Source of the DNA: a virus
Taxonomy: Duplodnaviria > Caudoviricetes
DNA: 28,592 bases
IMG/VR virus record: IMGVR_UViG_3300025467_000059
Coordinates: 1-28,592 of that record
Strand: one strand, 5' to 3'
The translations under genes and the position numbers were made by a program. Within the stretch, counting starts at the first letter, position 1, and the number at the start of each line of letters is the position of its first letter. This document shows, piece after piece, positions 24,498 to 28,592 of the stretch. The notes under the pieces were generated by a model. That model was not told the origin of the DNA. It made no database searches and saw only the letters and a program-made list of their open reading frames with translations.

Positions 24498-25412
24498 TCA
24501 GGAACTTCCGGGACTTCCGAATACTCCGAGGAAATCGGACCATCCAAAGCTGTAGCGCTCTCTCGCCTTGTACCTAGCGTTCCCCGTATCAAAATCAGCG
24601 TCCATTGAAGTCGCCAAGGGGGTACGGACAAAGTGCTTGAGGCCATTCGGAACGTCGGTGGTCAAGAACCAAGCATTGGTGTCGGTCAACCAGTGGTTGA
24701 CAGTCCAGCCGCCCGGGATTGAGCCGTTGTTCTTCAGAGCGTTGATGTCGTTGTCGGAGGTACCAACACGCAGTTCAGTTTCGAGGATACGGGTCGCCAC
24801 GAACTGCAGTGCAGACGGGATGATCAGTTTCTTCGGCTTAGCTGCGATGAGCAGGCCACGTTCGTCGGTCCACAGAGAGATCTGAATTACCGCATTTTCA
24901 AGTGAGGTTTCGTTCAGGTCCGCTGCAGTCGTCGGAATGTTGGAAATGGTTGAACCATAAACCAGCGGGTGAGCATTTGAGAACAGAGCCTGACCGTCAC
25001 CACCTTTGTAGTTCGAGTTGAAGCCGTTATTCAGAATGTTAGCCGCCTTGACTTCCTTGGTGTAAGCCATAGCACGAGCCAGCGCCTTGGTATAACGAGC
25101 AGACAGTGAGTCGTACAGGTTATCTTCGATTGCTTCTTCCGTCAGGGAGAAGCCGAGAGCGATGGTTTCGTGGGTGTAGCGGGTGTTCCATGCTTCCTGC
25201 GCATTGTCATACGCAATCGCTGAACCTTCCGCCTTAACCGGGGCAGCACCGAAGCCAGAGAGCTTCTGTTCTTCTTCAAAGGAACGCTCAGAGCTTTCGG
25301 TCTCGAAAAGCTCCTTGTATTCCTCGCCATACCGCTCATATTCCAGACCGAACAGGGCGTTCAAGCCGGGGAGCAGCTCTTTAAGTAATTGCGCGCGTGA
25401 AATAGCAGCCAT
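24498..25412 (-). CDS. Major capsid protein (HK97 fold, Mu gpT-like)
   Basis: AISRAQLLKELLPGLNALFGLEY...GDG.ALFS..HP...DFDTGN.RYKARERYSFGWSD; strong AAGGAG RBS, biased codons, downstream terminator. Confidence 0.93.
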   Translation of the reverse strand: MAAISRAQLLKELLPGLNALFGLEYERYGEEYKELFETESSERSFEEEQKLSGFGAAPVKAEGSAIAYDNAQEAWNTRYTHETIALGFSLTEEAIEDNLYDSLSARYTKALARAMAYTKEVKAANILNNGFNSNYKGGDGQALFSNAHPLVYGSTISNIPTTAADLNETSLENAVIQISLWTDERGLLIAAKPKKLIIPSALQFVATRILETELRVGTSDNDINALKNNGSIPGGWTVNHWLTDTNAWFLTTDVPNGLKHFVRTPLATSMDADFDTGNARYKARERYSFGWSDFLGVFGSPGSS

Positions 25413-25424
25413 TTAAGTTACTCC

Positions 25425-26087
25425 TTAGATACCAGTGGCCTGACGATAGAAGTGGAAGCCTGCATTGAAGCTCACCAGAACCTGCTGGTAGGTACCATCA
25501 GACAGAGCCGTAGAACGGACAACGTCAACGATACGCAGCGGCAGAGTGTTGGTGGTAGCTGCAGAGGTGAGGTCCACAGTCACGAGGCTGTCACCAGTCG
25601 TGGTGTTAATCAGACCCGTCTTTACGTAGTAGCCAATGTTCTGGCCTACGTTAGCCTGAGTAGCTGCGCTAGAGGTGTACAGAGCGCCTGAACCGTTAGA
25701 AACGGTAGCTACAAAGACAGCATCGGGGTCTTCACAGACGTATGCCCAACCATAACCGTAGTTAGTGTTAGCGCTGTCGGTGAGGATCGTGGTGCCCGTC
25801 GGCCAGTACTGTGACCACAGCGGCTGCTTGAGGCCGGTGCTCGGTGAATACTGACATCCAAGGAAGATACCAACTGGAGCCGCTGCAAAAGCAGCTTTCT
25901 GACCCGCAGCAGTGTCAACACGAACGATGGTGCCATCAGTGGTGTAAGTGACGAAATCGCCATAGCCGATGTTCTGAGCGTACCCAGATGCAATCGGAAT
26001 TTCACGAATCGCTCCGCTATAAACACGACCACCGATCAGGTTAACAGGAACCAAACCGGAGGGGCCGATACCGTTAGGATATGCCAT
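25425..26087 (-). CDS. Capsid-associated (decoration/cement-like) protein
   Basis: GL.PV..IGG; I.YGD.V; G.F.GC.Y; DPD; TLPLRIVD motifs; immediately precedes the capsid gene; AGGAG RBS. Confidence 0.75.
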   Translation of the reverse strand: MAYPNGIGPSGLVPVNLIGGRVYSGAIREIPIASGYAQNIGYGDFVTYTTDGTIVRVDTAAGQKAAFAAAPVGIFLGCQYSPSTGLKQPLWSQYWPTGTTILTDSANTNYGYGWAYVCEDPDAVFVATVSNGSGALYTSSAATQANVGQNIGYYVKTGLINTTTGDSLVTVDLTSAATTNTLPLRIVDVVRSTALSDGTYQQVLVSFNAGFHFYRQATGI

Positions 26088-26125
26088 ATAAAACTCCTAA
26101 TTTTGAATGAACCGGCCCCTAGAGA

Positions 26126-26584
26126 CTAGGAACCGCTACCAAAAGACACTTTGGACTTCCCTTCTCTAAAGAGGGGCATCCTAGGATCATTTTCGCGGAA
26201 AAGATTGTTGTCTACGGACTGCGTCTGCTTCTGAGTCATGTTCTCATAGTACGCATAGCGCTGATTAATCAATTCCTTTGGTGCTTTGCACAGCACCAAA
26301 CCGCCGATCTCGATGAGGTCAGAGGTCGGAGCCAAACCAAACGCAGCAAAATCTGAGCTGATCTCTGGATGATCAGAAGCCTTACAAGGCACCCAGCCTT
26401 CGCGTCTGGCGCGAGCCATATTAGCCGGATCGGGGTTACCCATCATGGCGACTCGAATCCAGCGAAAGCCATACCCATCAATGGGGTTAGGCACAGGAAG
26501 ATCGTGCGCGGGTTTCCAAGAGTCCATGCGAACTTCTTTTTCTCGCGTTTCATTCTGTCTAAGCGAACGGTCGATATTAGCCAT
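26126..26584 (-). CDS. Conserved head-module hypothetical protein (likely start MANIDR at 26584)
   Basis: W.P...LP.P.P..GY.FRWIR...REGW.P....HPE...GGL.LCK.P; GGAG RBS before 26584. Confidence 0.85.
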   Translation of the reverse strand: MANIDRSLRQNETREKEVRMDSWKPAHDLPVPNPIDGYGFRWIRVAMMGNPDPANMARARREGWVPCKASDHPEISSDFAAFGLAPTSDLIEIGGLVLCKAPKELINQRYAYYENMTQKQTQSVDNNLFRENDPRMPLFREGKSKVSFGSGS

Positions 26585-27548
26585 TGCGTTGCTCCAGTTT
26601 GCGTTTCTCAGCAAGGTAAGCCTCTGGCTTAATCCCGAGTCGCTTAATAAGTGCGTCTTCAGATTTGGTCACTGCGGTCTTTTTTGGTGCGGTGGTTCTA
26701 CCAACCGATGCTACAGTGCTTACTTTCTTGGTACGTTGGTTAAAGTTTTGAGGGAACATCTCCCTCATGCGGGCGTCCACCTTGCCGTAATACTCGTCAG
26801 AGGTAGGATCGACACCGGATTTTACTAGCCGTTCATGTACCCCGTAGGCGAATGCAGTCATCTCTTCGTCCTTGCCAAACCAAGGATTCTGGGCTGACCA
26901 TGCTTCTGCCTTATAGTCCCTTGCGGGTGGTTGCTGAGGCTGAACAGGTGCTGGTTGGTTATATACAGGATTGTTTTCCTGTTGTAAAGGTGCTCGTGGA
27001 GGTTGTGGTGCAGGTGGTGTCCATTGCCCAATCTGACTACGCTCGATAGCCAGTTTGTTGAGCTCATTCTGCGCATCAATGACTCCATCTGTATCGCCCG
27101 CTTCAAATGCCTTGCGATACTTGTCCTGAGCAATCTGCTGCTGGTACTCGAGCCGGTTTGTCGCTTCTTCAGTCAGGCGTCCTGAACCCCAAGTTACGGT
27201 CTGCTCAAGCTCCTGCGCGCGGTTGTAAAACATCTGCGCAATTTTGACGGCTTCCGCGTGCTCGCGCGCGAGACGTTCTTTTTCGCGCCGCTCGTCATTG
27301 ATCTTGTGTGTTAGCCGGTCGATACGCTTTTTGACGCGTTTTGAATAGCTCTCCTGCTCTTCTTCCTGATCTAAGTCATCGTCGTCCAGCGCCAGAGGCG
27401 GGCGGTCTTGATCTTCTTCAGGCGTATCGTCTACGACTTCGTATTCATCTTCTTCAGGCGCTACACGAGTGTTCTCTGCGAGAACCTTGCGCCCTACTAC
27501 GTGGACTTCCTCGTCATCGGAAAAGTCTAAATCGTCTTCTCTTGCCAT
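26577..27548 (-). CDS. Putative capsid scaffolding protein
   Basis: Very acidic N-terminus, coiled coil (YSKRVKKRI..LT), Pro/Gln linker, W...NPWFG.D.EMT motif; lies between GroES and capsid genes. Confidence 0.7.
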   Translation of the reverse strand: MAREDDLDFSDDEEVHVVGRKVLAENTRVAPEEDEYEVVDDTPEEDQDRPPLALDDDDLDQEEEQESYSKRVKKRIDRLTHKINDERREKERLAREHAEAVKIAQMFYNRAQELEQTVTWGSGRLTEEATNRLEYQQQIAQDKYRKAFEAGDTDGVIDAQNELNKLAIERSQIGQWTPPAPQPPRAPLQQENNPVYNQPAPVQPQQPPARDYKAEAWSAQNPWFGKDEEMTAFAYGVHERLVKSGVDPTSDEYYGKVDARMREMFPQNFNQRTKKVSTVASVGRTTAPKKTAVTKSEDALIKRLGIKPEAYLAEKRKLEQRNG

Positions 27549-27557
27549 AAATCACCT

Positions 27558-27947
27558 TTAGTATGCGCGGTTGATACCGCGTGGATCAGCAACAGTACCC
27601 TCAATCTGATCATCATTCACGATGATGAACTCTTTGCCATCTACAGAGAACCGGGAGCCAGAATACGCGCGGAGGAGGACAAAATCTCCTTCCTTGCACC
27701 ACGGACCCGTGGGGAACTTATCCTTGTCCATGTAGCACATATCGCCTTGTTTGAGGACAAGACCAACGACTGCCCCCGCTTCTTCGCGCTTGGCGGTAAT
27801 GTCAGCGATAGCGATGCCGCCATCCGTAGTCTTGTTGATTTCCGGCTTTACCACCAGCATCTTGTATCCCTTTGGCTCAGGGAGACGTTCGGCCAGCTTC
27901 TCTGCACTTTCTTGAGTCTTTTCAGCGTCGATGTTAGCGACAGACAT
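27558..27947 (-). CDS. groES: Phage co-chaperonin GroES (Cpn10)
   Basis: P.GY.MLV...KTTDGGI.I mobile loop; G.VL..G; KEGDFV...Y.G..F..DG.EF.I.NDD.I.G. Confidence 0.9.
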   Translation of the reverse strand: MSVANIDAEKTQESAEKLAERLPEPKGYKMLVVKPEINKTTDGGIAIADITAKREEAGAVVGLVLKQGDMCYMDKDKFPTGPWCKEGDFVLLRAYSGSRFSVDGKEFIIVNDDQIEGTVADPRGINRAY

Positions 27948-28129
27948 CAGATTTCCTCTTCGTACTTACGCAGGTCTTTTACACGTTCCAGCGCTGAGGT
28001 CAGACCTGTGATTACCCCAACGAGATGCCGATACTCGGCGTAGTCAACAGCGTGCCCGAAGGCGATCGCGTCTTTGCGAGCTTCAATGAGCTCGTTCAAT
28101 TCTTTCTGCAGGATTTCTAGTCCAGTCAT
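27947..28129 (-). CDS. Small helical head-module protein
   Basis: 60 aa; DYAEYR..VG.I.GL motif; coupled on both sides. Confidence 0.8.
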   Translation of the reverse strand: MTGLEILQKELNELIEARKDAIAFGHAVDYAEYRHLVGVITGLTSALERVKDLRKYEEEI

Positions 28130-28592
28130 TTTTTAGGTTTCCCTATGGTGTGTGCTTCGCCTTTATCCACTGCGGCGCGTGCTCGTGCCAGCAGCTCTTC
28201 CTTGTTGGCGGTCTCTGATCCGAGACGCCGCCCCAACTCGTTGTTGAACGTATCCATTTCTTCTTCCGCAGGGCTGTCAGAACTAAGCTTCTCATGCGCC
28301 CAACCAGCCATTGACGCCGGAATATCTCCGTACTGCTGCTGTAGTTCTCCCTGCCAGAGCAGGTGACGCAATGCGTCTCCGCGAAGATTGTGCTCTTCAC
28401 CGGGGTAATACTGGTCGGCCATTTCCGTAGAGTGCCTTGTCGCATCACCCATACCTAGCGCATCAGCCACCGCGTACTGGCCCTTCCGTGCGTATTGATT
28501 GATCTTGTCTGTGGTGCTTCCGCCATCAGCCATACCGGGCGGTGGTGGGGCAGGTGGACCTCCTTGCGGACCTTGAGGGCCGGGCGGCGGAG
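28126..28592 (-). CDS. C-terminal part of a gene running off the right end (probably portal): Pro-rich linker plus DUF6973/SAA-like helical domain
   Basis: Frame is open beyond ATG 28533 to the window edge (PPPGPQGPQGGPPAPPPPG-MADGG...). No RBS at usable spacing before 28533. Domain motif DALRH..W...AHE...MD.FNN..GR. Confidence 0.65.
   Translation of the reverse strand, partial: PPPGPQGPQGGPPAPPPPGMADGGSTTDKINQYARKGQYAVADALGMGDATRHSTEMADQYYPGEEHNLRGDALRHLLWQGELQQQYGDIPASMAGWAHEKLSSDSPAEEEMDTFNNELGRRLGSETANKEELLARARAAVDKGEAHTIGKPKK

Noticed and set aside
206-28366. Numerous plus-strand ORFs in the track (e.g. 18410..18958, 20522..20953, 11079..11513)
   Set aside because: All are antisense shadows of well-supported minus-strand genes, with no recognisable motifs.
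1-28592. tRNA, rRNA, CRISPR array, integrase or IS element
   Set aside because: No such patterns recognised by eye; intergenic gaps are few and short.

Overview
A 28.6-kb, tightly packed, minus-strand morphogenesis operon of a tailed dsDNA phage, most likely podovirus-like (no sheath, major tail or tape-measure gene seen). Reading from the right end: the C-terminus of a gene running off the window (probably portal), GroES co-chaperonin, scaffold, major capsid protein, small basic proteins, head-tail adaptors, tail fibre modules, a lysis cassette, a nozzle-like tail protein, cupin and GNAT-like genes, and Gln/Ala/Gly-rich putative ejection proteins. Three free-standing homing endonuclease genes (two GIY-YIG, one HNH-AP2) sit inside the operon. 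One carries a recoded replacement start for the gene it interrupted. Another is flanked by duplicated terminator/promoter pairs next to a recoded capsid 3' end. A short GG motif recurs about 12 times across putative internal proteins and also joins a Pro-rich linker to a toxin-like domain on the probable portal. A pseudoknotted RNA resembling Mu-gpT-DE lies downstream of the capsid locus. Family names come from motif recognition and memory, not from searches.
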